Positions 24,562 through 32,122 of a stretch of DNA of 32,122 nucleotides are shown one piece after another. A program made the translations under genes and the position numbers. Numbering within the stretch: the stretch's first letter is position 1; every line of letters starts with the position of its first letter. Below the pieces are notes generated by a model, which was given only the letters and a program-made list of their open reading frames with translations, was not told the origin of the DNA and ran no database searches. This DNA is from a virus (taxonomy: Duplodnaviria; Caudoviricetes), in the IMG/VR virus record IMGVR_UViG_3300028925_012725, positions 1 through 32,122 of that record, one strand, 5' to 3'.

Positions 24562-25710
24562 ATGGCCAACGTCCTAACAGACCTAGCAGCCGACATCTAT
24601 AAAGCAGCCGATACAGTCGGCCGTGAGCTAGTCGGTTTCATCCCAGCAGCAACCATCAACGCAGACAGCTCAGAGCGAGTTGCTAAAAATGGCGTTATTC
24701 GTGCTGCTTACACTCGTGCAGCTACTGCTGGCGACATCACAGAAGCAATGACTATTCCGGAAGGAACAGATCAAACTGTCGATAACAAGACCATGACAAT
24801 CGGCAAAGCTCGCTCTGTCCAGATTCCATGGACTGGTGAAGACATGAAGCATGTTGGCAATGGTGCTGGCTTTGAAACCGTTTATGGTGATCAAGTGGCC
24901 CAGGCCATGCGCACATTGACAAACGAAATGGAAACAGACCTAGGCGTCGCAGCCTATCAGGGCGCATCTCGTGCCATTGGTACTGCTGGCACTACCCCGT
25001 TCGCTTCCAACTTCAATCTTGTAGCATCTGCCCGTCAAATCATCGCTGATAACGGTGGCGTAACTAACGATGGCCGTTTAAGTCTTGTTATGAACAGCTC
25101 AGCTGGCACTTTAATGCGCAACTTAGCAAGCTTGAACCAAGTTAACACATCTGGTGGTGACACTTTATTGCGTCAAGGAGTGTTATTGGACCTTCAAGGC
25201 GTTTCAATGCGTGAGTCAGGTCAGGTAACGTCCCACACCAAAGGTGGTGGTACTAGCTATCTAGTGAATAACGCTGCAACTGAAGCAGCAGGCCAGACAG
25301 TAATTACCCTTGATACAGGCTCTGGCACTGTAATTGCTGGCGACTGCGTGACTTTTGCTGGTGATACAAACATCTACGTGGTTCAAACTGCCCTTGCTGG
25401 TGGTGATGTTGTATTGAATGCTCCAGGCTTAATCTCAGCAGCAGCTAATAACGCAGCAATGACAGTTGGTAATAATTTTGCCGCCAACGTGATGTTCCAT
25501 CAGTCCGCTCTTGAACTAGCAGTTCGCGCCCCAGCAGTACCCGGTGGTGACGATGCGGCCATTGATGCTATGATGGTGCAGGACCCACATTCCGGCCTCG
25601 TTTTTGAGGTTCGCGTTTACAAAGGTTATCGTAAGCAGATGATTGAAGTAGCCGCTACTTGGGGTGTTAAAGCCTGGAAGTCGGAAAATATGGCAATTCT
25701 CCTAGGGTAA
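24562..25710 (+). CDS. Major capsid protein (P22 coat-like, HK97 fold)
   Basis: 382 aa; follows the scaffold; own promoter and terminator; ends ...WGVKAWKSENMAILLG. Confidence 0.9.
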   Translation: MANVLTDLAADIYKAADTVGRELVGFIPAATINADSSERVAKNGVIRAAYTRAATAGDITEAMTIPEGTDQTVDNKTMTIGKARSVQIPWTGEDMKHVGNGAGFETVYGDQVAQAMRTLTNEMETDLGVAAYQGASRAIGTAGTTPFASNFNLVASARQIIADNGGVTNDGRLSLVMNSSAGTLMRNLASLNQVNTSGGDTLLRQGVLLDLQGVSMRESGQVTSHTKGGGTSYLVNNAATEAAGQTVITLDTGSGTVIAGDCVTFAGDTNIYVVQTALAGGDVVLNAPGLISAAANNAAMTVGNNFAANVMFHQSALELAVRAPAVPGGDDAAIDAMMVQDPHSGLVFEVRVYKGYRKQMIEVAATWGVKAWKSENMAILLG

Positions 25711-25718
25711 GTCCCCTT

Positions 25719-25751
25719 GACCGGGGTCCAACTTAGGCTCCCGGTCCTTTT
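25719..25751 (+). terminator. Rho-independent terminator after the capsid gene
   Basis: GACCGGG...CCCGGTC stem followed by CTTTT. Confidence 0.7.
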
Positions 25752-25772
25752 AATCCCCTAATAGGAGTTAAT

Positions 25773-25907
25773 ATGGAAGATTCAAAGAAAACTGCTACTA
25801 AAAAGGCAAACCCCCAAACAACCAAAATGGAGCGTGACGGTAATACCGCAGACGTCCATAAAGACGAAGTTGCTAATTATATTAAAAGTGGTTGGGTGGC
25901 TAAGTAA
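25773..25907 (+). CDS. Small protein (44 aa) not in the ORF track
   Basis: AGGAG SD; MEDSKKTATKKANPQTTKMERDGNTADVHKDEVANYIKSGWVAK; stop lies 1 nt before the next ATG. Confidence 0.75.
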   Translation: MEDSKKTATKKANPQTTKMERDGNTADVHKDEVANYIKSGWVAK

Positions 25908-25908
25908 T

Positions 25909-26415
25909 ATGGCTATTACCGCTACGATAGGTGGGGCAACATCCGACAGCTACTCTACTGTGGCGGATGCCGATTCATACCATGCCGACCATTTATATCA
26001 CGCAACATGGACCGCAGCCTCAACGGACAGTAAAGAGCGCAGCCTTAAAATGGCTACCCGGCTGTTGGATGAACGCATTACATGGGTTGGCTCCAAGAAC
26101 ACAGACGCACAATACTTGAGATGGCCCAGAAGTTCAGTTACTAACATAGACGGGTATTCGGTTCCGGTCACTGTCATCCCTGCTCCCATTAAGAATGCCG
26201 TGGCAGAACTGGCCAGACATCTTACAGTGTCTGATTTAACGGCTCAGGCCCAAGGTAAAGGAATTGCTAGCCTAGATGCCGGGTCCGTTTCTCTGACGTT
26301 CAGTAAAACAGACACAGCTGACGTTTTGCCCACCATAGTCCAAGAGATGCTCCGGGGCTGGGGCACTATTCATGCTAGAGCTAAATTTGGTTCGGCAACA
26401 GTGGTGAGAACATAA
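25909..26415 (+). CDS. Head-tail adaptor (DnaT-like domain family)
   Basis: SY.TVADAD.Y, A...LD, Q.LRWPR and IP..IK.A.AELA motifs; start moved to ATG 25909. Confidence 0.8.
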   Translation: MAITATIGGATSDSYSTVADADSYHADHLYHATWTAASTDSKERSLKMATRLLDERITWVGSKNTDAQYLRWPRSSVTNIDGYSVPVTVIPAPIKNAVAELARHLTVSDLTAQAQGKGIASLDAGSVSLTFSKTDTADVLPTIVQEMLRGWGTIHARAKFGSATVVRT

Positions 26416-26793
26416 ATGAGTCTTAGAGCAGCCATTGCGTCTGCTGTTTCCGGGGCAATTTTGGCCACGGGCGACATTGCAGAAACCATAACTTACACTG
26501 CGAAATCAACGGCTACCTATAATGTGGCTAATGGCACTTTATCTAAGACCGACACTACATATAGTATTAAAGCCATCGTAGCTCCCTTTGGGGCTGGCGG
26601 CTTGGGCAATCCCACACATATTGAACCAGAGCATACTGGGGCTTTGTCGGTACTGTTTGCTAGTGCTGATCTTACAGTCACGCCAGACAGCTCTGACACT
26701 ATTACTAGGGGTGGTGCAGTGCATAAAATCACCCAGATAATATTTGACCCGGCAGGTTCTACACATAGATTAATAGTGGAGCGTCTAGGGTGA
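26416..26793 (+). CDS. Head closure / stopper protein
   Basis: Position, size and beta-rich sequence. Confidence 0.65.
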   Translation: MSLRAAIASAVSGAILATGDIAETITYTAKSTATYNVANGTLSKTDTTYSIKAIVAPFGAGGLGNPTHIEPEHTGALSVLFASADLTVTPDSSDTITRGGAVHKITQIIFDPAGSTHRLIVERLG

Positions 26794-27152
26794 GCTTCAA
26801 ACTGGACATCAGAGAATTTGCGGAAGCCACTGGGCTGGAGCTGGAGCTCGTGACCCGGAAGATTGCCCTAGACGCTTATGCTAGAGTTACCGTTAAGACT
26901 CCTGTTGACACCGGACGAGCTAGAGGCAACTGGAATGTAGGTGCAGGAAGACCAGATTTAAGCACTACAAAAACAGGCGAATCCCCACCACCCTCTTTGA
27001 AAAAAGGTGATGGTGAAGCAGCAATATACATAACCAACAATCTAGACTATGTATTTGAATTAGAAAATGGCAGCAGTAAACAATCACCTGAAGGAATGGT
27101 GGCTGTTTCAATGCTGGAATTAGAGGCAGGGATTAAAAATGTCCTTCGCTAG
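26790..27152 (+). CDS. HK97 gp10-like tail completion protein
   Basis: TPVDTGRARGNW and NNLDY..LENGSSKQ.P.GMV motifs. Confidence 0.88.
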   Translation: MSFKLDIREFAEATGLELELVTRKIALDAYARVTVKTPVDTGRARGNWNVGAGRPDLSTTKTGESPPPSLKKGDGEAAIYITNNLDYVFELENGSSKQSPEGMVAVSMLELEAGIKNVLR

Positions 27153-27519
27153 TGAAAGAACGAGCATAGAATCCAGGCTAAATGCCAACTGGACCACCAC
27201 TACCATTGACTGGGAGAATGTGGACTTTAACACTCCTAACAACACCCCTTGGGTTCGGTTATCTATCTTGAATGGAGAATCGGGTTATAGGGCTATGGAA
27301 TCTAAAAAGATACATTTAGGCATTATAGCTGTTCAATTATTCACCCCCATTAACACAGGGACAGCTATTGCGAGGGGCTATGTGGATACCCTAGCCGCCA
27401 TTTTTGATGACCAATCATTTGATGATGTGCGTTGCGGAGTGGCTTCTATTGCCAGTGTGGGAAATTCAGACATCTGGTATCAAATTAACATTACTATTCC
27501 TTATAGGAGGGACGCATAA
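27139..27519 (+). CDS. Tail terminator protein (DUF4128-like)
   Basis: W.N..F..P...PWVR, G...VQLF.P...GT and WYQ..I.IPY motifs. Confidence 0.8.
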   Translation: MSFASERTSIESRLNANWTTTTIDWENVDFNTPNNTPWVRLSILNGESGYRAMESKKIHLGIIAVQLFTPINTGTAIARGYVDTLAAIFDDQSFDDVRCGVASIASVGNSDIWYQINITIPYRRDA

Positions 27520-27520
27520 A

Positions 27521-27685
27521 ATGAGCACTTTACTTTACCCACCCACTGGGGGAGAGCCTGTCTTGGCTCATGATACTCAAGTGGATAGAATGAAAAGCAA
27601 GGGTTGGTTAGAAACGAACCCCAAAAATGGCAATTTAGCCAAACCAACCCCAACCAAAAAGGTGAACAAAGATGGCGAATCATAA
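27521..27685 (+). CDS. Small protein (54 aa)
   Basis: GGAGG SD; start moved to ATG 27521. Confidence 0.65.
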   Translation: MSTLLYPPTGGEPVLAHDTQVDRMKSKGWLETNPKNGNLAKPTPTKKVNKDGES

Positions 27686-28061
27686 AGGCAGTGAAGGTGT
27701 AGTAAAGATAGGCTCAGCAACAGTCGCAGAGGTGAAGGACTGGTCATTTGATGAAACAGCCGATACTACTGAAGACACGATTATGGGTGATTCGGCTCGT
27801 ACCCGTAAAACCACTTTGACTTCGGCATCAGGCTCAGTAAATGCTTTCTGGGATGAGACCGATACTGCCGGACAGGTAGCAATGTCTGCTGGCAGTGAAG
27901 TCGCATTGAAGCTGTATCCAGAGGGAGCTGCTTCTGGTGATACTTTTTATTCCGTATCAGCTCTCATCACCAGTGTTTCACGCAGTGCCACATTTGACGG
28001 CATGGTAGAAGCAAGTTTTAGCTTTGAATCTAATGGTGCTGTTTCTGTAGCGACAGTATAA
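27672..28061 (+). CDS. Major tail tube protein
   Basis: G..G.VKIG...VAEV..WS, LYPEG and V..SFSF..NG motifs; precedes the chaperone and tape measure. Confidence 0.88.
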   Translation: MANHKGSEGVVKIGSATVAEVKDWSFDETADTTEDTIMGDSARTRKTTLTSASGSVNAFWDETDTAGQVAMSAGSEVALKLYPEGAASGDTFYSVSALITSVSRSATFDGMVEASFSFESNGAVSVATV

Positions 28062-28381
28062 TGAGCATACTTGAAAATGCCAGGGCTCATTTTGAGTCCA
28101 AAGGCATCCGCCAAATTGAAATTTCTGAGTGGGACACAACGATACACTGTTCCCCCTTTACCATGAATGAAAAGCGCAAGCTTTTAAAAGTGGCAAAGAA
28201 TGACGATTTGGAATTTTTAGTAAGAGCGTTGATCATGAAAGCTAAAGACGCACAGGGCGAACCATTGTTTGACCTGTCCGATAAAGTAGCCCTAATGAAC
28301 AGCGTTGACCCGGACGTGATCACCCGTGTGGTTACTGAGATTACCACCTCTGATTCCGTTGAGGATATGGAGGGAAACTAA
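28061..28381 (+). CDS. Tail assembly chaperone (gpG-like)
   Basis: Between tube and tape measure; ends in slippery G GGA AAC TAA. Confidence 0.85.
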   Translation: MSILENARAHFESKGIRQIEISEWDTTIHCSPFTMNEKRKLLKVAKNDDLEFLVRALIMKAKDAQGEPLFDLSDKVALMNSVDPDVITRVVTEITTSDSVEDMEGN

Positions 28382-28521
28382 AGGCCGACCCTGAGCTCAT
28401 GGGGCTTTATGCATTAGGTGATCGGCTGAGAATACCCATACACGAACTGGCAGATATGTCAGTAGAAGAGTTTAACGGCTGGGTGGCCTATTATAGGATG
28501 AAAGAAGATGGCGGTAAATAG
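28372..28521 (+). CDS. Tail assembly chaperone -1 frameshift extension (gpT-like)
   Basis: The -1 frame from GGGAAAC reads GKLKADPELMGLYALGDRLRIPIHELADMSVEEFNGWVAYYRMKEDGGK* and overlaps the tape measure start. Confidence 0.85.
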   Translation, partial: GKLKADPELMGLYALGDRLRIPIHELADMSVEEFNGWVAYYRMKEDGGK

Positions 28522-30742
28522 GCTAGCAGTATTGGGAATTACGGTTGACCCCACAAGGGCAATTGCAGGTTCTCGCAGGGCAACTGCCGCCATTGCAGGG
28601 GTGGGCCGGGCAGCATCTAGCGTTAAAAACCGGATTTTCAGTCTGCAAGGGGCTTTAGTGGCTCTTGGCGGAGGATTGGTAATCAGGAGCTTCTTGCAAA
28701 CCGCTTCCTCTATGGAAAATCTGAAAATCCAGCTTAAAACTGTGACGGGGTCTGCCAATGATGCAGATAAAGCTTTCTCCAGGCTTACGGATTTCACAAC
28801 CCGTACTCCCTATGAGATAGACCAAGTAGTATCAGCGTTTACCAAGCTAAAAGCATTTGGCCTGGACCCAAGCGAAGAGGCTATGACGGCTTTTGGCAAC
28901 ACTGCTGCAGCCATGGGCAAAGACCTCAACCAGATGATTGAAGCGGTGGCAGACGCAGCTACCGGGGAATTTGAGCGTCTAAAAGAATTTGGTATCAAAT
29001 CCAAGCAGCAGGGCGACCAAGTGTCGTTCACATTCCAAGGCGTCACAACTACAGTAAAGAAAGAATCCAAGGCTATCCAAGGCTATTTGATGGACATAGG
29101 CAACAACCAATTTGGTGGTGCTATGTCAGATCAAATGGACACCATGTCCGGGGCCCTATCCAATTTCCGAGGAAGCTTCACACTTTTTCAAGATGAATTG
29201 ATGGATAATGGACCATTTGCTATTTTTAAGGGTCTAGTCAATTCCGCAAGTGAAATTTTGTTTGGCACCAAGGGGTCTTTGTCAAGTAATGCGGCCGCAG
29301 CGGGTCAATCAATCACTTCATTTATTCAGCGGGCCACTATAGGTGTGGCTAGATTTACTGATGATATGAAAATCTATATTGATACTATATGGGTCTCTGT
29401 TAGTAGTTTGTGGGGTGAGTTTTTAAAATTACCTTCAGAAGTACAATCGATTGGTATTGTAGGAGTCATGCTTGGTGGCTTTTATTTAAGGTCGTTTATA
29501 GTTGGGTTATTAGCCAGTATAAATACTGTTAAAGAATTTCTAGGCATGAGTACCATTGATAACGCCATGTTAACCAACTTAGAGTTAATGAATGCTGAAA
29601 TTGATAGGCTGAATCTAAAATTAGGTGGTCTTAATGCTGCCAACCTTGGTGGAAGTGAATTAGCGGATAAGCTATCAAAGCAAGCTCAAGTTCTTATGGA
29701 TGCAAGAGCAGCCTTAGAAGGAACAACCATGGGTGGGGTGGACAACCTTTCACCAATGGGCATCCCTAGCGCTATTCCAATTACTAGCGGGATGGGCGCA
29801 AATGAAAAGGCAGTTATTAACTTTTTTAACCTACAAACTTCATTGCAGGCAGAATTAAATGAGACTGAGGCAGAAGCTGCCGTTGAAAAAGTCAAAATAA
29901 CATCTGCCAGTATGGGTGAAATTTCAGCTCTACATAGAAAAAATCAAGAGGAAATGTCACACACTACCGCAGTATTTGAGGAAAGAAACGCAGGGCTTCA
30001 CGCCGCTGCTATGGCTAGAAAAAGCGAAGCATTTAACCAATTCAAATCATCCTTTAATGAAGGGTGGGCTGAAATGGAAGCTCAATCTATGCCAGTTCTA
30101 GATCGAATGGCGGACAAGCTTTTAACCATATTTGGTCCCGGTGGCACATTTTCACAGGGTATTGGTGACGCAACTGCCAACATGATAATATTTGGTAAAT
30201 CTGGTGCAGATGCCATGAAAGAATTGGGCCAGACCATCATAGGGCAGGTAATCTCAGCTTTGGTTGCAATGGGCGTTCAAACGGCAGTTAACTTTGCTAA
30301 AGAGCGCATATTTGGGGCAGCATCAACGGCAGCAGCAGGAACACAGGCTGCTTTTATTGCCGCAGCTTATGCACCAGCTGCTGCCGCAGTATCATTGGCT
30401 ACGTTTGGGTCCAACGCAGTTGCAGCTAATGTTGGTATGGCCTCCTCATTTGCTCTGGCCAAAGGATTATCCCTAGCCGGGGCCCGTGAATTAGGGGGAC
30501 CTGTCCAGAGGTCCGGAACTTATTTGGTGGGAGAGCGTGGGCCCGAATTATTTACCCCAGGTCAATCTGGCAACATAACGTCTAATAAAAATATGGGCGC
30601 AGGCAATACGGCAAACGTAACTTTTAACATCAATGCCATAGACACATCAGACGCTACTAGACTTATAGTATCCCAACGTGGTACAATAGTAGGTGTGATA
30701 AACCAGGCTCTCAATGAGCGCGGAAGGGCAGCTTTAGTATGA
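28508..30742 (+). CDS. Tape measure protein
   Basis: 744 aa, Ala/Gly-rich; TP(Y)..., GEFERLKEFGI; C-terminal GGPV...YLVGERGPELF.P. Confidence 0.93.
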   Translation: MAVNRLAVLGITVDPTRAIAGSRRATAAIAGVGRAASSVKNRIFSLQGALVALGGGLVIRSFLQTASSMENLKIQLKTVTGSANDADKAFSRLTDFTTRTPYEIDQVVSAFTKLKAFGLDPSEEAMTAFGNTAAAMGKDLNQMIEAVADAATGEFERLKEFGIKSKQQGDQVSFTFQGVTTTVKKESKAIQGYLMDIGNNQFGGAMSDQMDTMSGALSNFRGSFTLFQDELMDNGPFAIFKGLVNSASEILFGTKGSLSSNAAAAGQSITSFIQRATIGVARFTDDMKIYIDTIWVSVSSLWGEFLKLPSEVQSIGIVGVMLGGFYLRSFIVGLLASINTVKEFLGMSTIDNAMLTNLELMNAEIDRLNLKLGGLNAANLGGSELADKLSKQAQVLMDARAALEGTTMGGVDNLSPMGIPSAIPITSGMGANEKAVINFFNLQTSLQAELNETEAEAAVEKVKITSASMGEISALHRKNQEEMSHTTAVFEERNAGLHAAAMARKSEAFNQFKSSFNEGWAEMEAQSMPVLDRMADKLLTIFGPGGTFSQGIGDATANMIIFGKSGADAMKELGQTIIGQVISALVAMGVQTAVNFAKERIFGAASTAAAGTQAAFIAAAYAPAAAAVSLATFGSNAVAANVGMASSFALAKGLSLAGARELGGPVQRSGTYLVGERGPELFTPGQSGNITSNKNMGAGNTANVTFNINAIDTSDATRLIVSQRGTIVGVINQALNERGRAALV

Positions 30743-31308
30743 CATATCCTGTAAGTCCTAAATTTTCGTCTATTTCTATCTCAAGTATTGACCCTACTCT
30801 TTACTCCCAAGCGGTAAATGGTCGTATTCAGAGCAGAAAAATTGCTGGTCAGCAATGGGGCTTTAGCGCATCATATCCACCTATGACAAGGAGTGAATTT
30901 CAGCCAGTAAGTGCATATATTGACTCTTTGCGTGGTCGCCATACAGTTTTTACTATAGTGCCCACAGAAATTTCTTCATCTAGTGCAACTGTTAGTGGAA
31001 CTGTAACCTGTACAGCAGCAGTAGTAGGGCTTTCAGTGGTCCCAACTACAGGTCTGACAGGCACATTAAAGGCCGGAGACTTTATAAAGTTTAGTGGTCA
31101 TAATAAAATATATAAGCTGACTGCTGATAGGGCTGGCAATGGTAATCTTGCTATTGTTCCACCTTTAATAACAGCAGTAACTACTGATACCGTGACCTAT
31201 AATGATGTGCCTTTCACCGTAAGGCTTGCCAATGACGTCCAGGAATATTCTATTGGAACGGATATGCTTCATAAATTTGAAGTGGACTTTATAGAGGCTT
31301 TATCGTGA
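30739..31308 (+). CDS. Distal tail protein
   Basis: ATGA overlap with the tape measure gene; LKAGDFIKF.GH.K.Y motif. Confidence 0.7.
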   Translation: MTYPVSPKFSSISISSIDPTLYSQAVNGRIQSRKIAGQQWGFSASYPPMTRSEFQPVSAYIDSLRGRHTVFTIVPTEISSSSATVSGTVTCTAAVVGLSVVPTTGLTGTLKAGDFIKFSGHNKIYKLTADRAGNGNLAIVPPLITAVTTDTVTYNDVPFTVRLANDVQEYSIGTDMLHKFEVDFIEALS

Positions 31309-31859
31309 GTAGGGAAATTCATGCTGATGTAATAACTGAGCTTGCAAAAGACAGCTTTCAAATGGCTCATTTGATATTGATAGATTTTGAAACACCTATT
31401 TATATCACTGAGTGCATATCTGACATCATATTTGATGGTAATACATATGCCTCAAGCGGAGCCTTACAGGGCATATCAGCAGTAACTGAAACAACAGAAG
31501 TTCAAGTTGGAGCAGTTAGCCTAACTCTGTCTGGTGTCAGTCAAGAATATATCAGCATCCTTTTGAATAATGCTTATATAGACAAGCAAGTAACAATAAG
31601 CCGAGTATTAATGGACCCATACCTTCAAATTATAGGCACTCCTATATTAATGTATGATGGTCGAATTACAAATTTTGCAATCAACGACACAATGGAAACT
31701 AGCAACGTGACCATTACAGCCGCATCTCATTGGTCAGACTTTAATAAAAAGTCAGGGCGAAGGACAAACCACAACAGCCAACAGATATTCTTTAATGGCG
31801 ATAAGGGCTTTGAGTTTGCACCCAAAATCATGCGTGATTTAAAATGGGGTAAAGCCTAA
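31305..31859 (+). CDS. Tail tip / hub protein
   Basis: Y.G.I, SHW.DF....GRRTN..SQ..F.GDKGFEF...L.WG motifs. Confidence 0.72.
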   Translation: MSREIHADVITELAKDSFQMAHLILIDFETPIYITECISDIIFDGNTYASSGALQGISAVTETTEVQVGAVSLTLSGVSQEYISILLNNAYIDKQVTISRVLMDPYLQIIGTPILMYDGRITNFAINDTMETSNVTITAASHWSDFNKKSGRRTNHNSQQIFFNGDKGFEFAPKIMRDLKWGKA

Positions 31860-32122
31860 TGATATTCGGCTGGATAAAAAGGAATATTGTTGACCCTATT
31901 TTAGACATAGGCCAAGTAATCATTGATGTTGTTGTTGATGCTATCAGTGATGTTGTCTCTTGGTTCATAGACATTCCTGATATGGAGGTTGTTGAGCAAG
32001 AATATAGGGGTGTTTTGCTTAACAAGCAATCCAACATCTCTTCAATTCCTGTAGTATATGGACAAAGAAAAATAGGTGGAACAAGAATATTTATTTCTAC
32101 ATCTGGAACAGATAATAAATAT
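31859..32122 (+). CDS. Tail tip attachment / central fibre protein (3' truncated)
   Basis: ATG overlaps the upstream TAA; open to the window end: MIFGWIKR...GVLLNKQSNISSIPVVYGQRKIGGTRIF. Confidence 0.8.
   Translation, partial: MIFGWIKRNIVDPILDIGQVIIDVVVDAISDVVSWFIDIPDMEVVEQEYRGVLLNKQSNISSIPVVYGQRKIGGTRIFISTSGTDNKY

Noticed and set aside
1-32122. Integrase, repressor, tRNA, intron/intein or diversity-generating retroelement
   Set aside because: No recognisable motifs; polymerase, helicase and terminase have normal uninterrupted lengths; no reverse transcriptase. The part of the genome outside the window is unseen.

Overview
Most of a circularly permuted lytic siphophage genome. The window starts inside a tail-fibre gene and ends inside the tail-tip gene. 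Plus strand 1-4165 holds the tail fibre, a chaperone and the lysis cassette. Minus strand 4167-17750 holds early and replication genes, including a complete 2-aminoadenine (Z-genome) module: purZ (GSTGKG), datZ (HD dATPase), a DUF5664-type dATP/dGTP diphosphohydrolase, and a family A polymerase with DpoZ-like motif changes. A primase-helicase, SNF2 helicase and SSB-like genes lie alongside. A divergent control region (17750-18750) contains a 14-unit 30-bp tandem array and T12/C14 homopolymers. Plus strand 18749-32122 holds terminase, portal, a MuF minor head protein fused to an ADP-ribosyltransferase, scaffold, major capsid, head-tail joining genes, tail tube, a frameshifted chaperone, tape measure and tail tip. 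The least explained elements are a switch-like structured leader in front of the capsid gene, the 30-bp array, and a repeated ACGATAA-SD leader motif on early genes. All calls come from reading motifs by eye; no searches were run.
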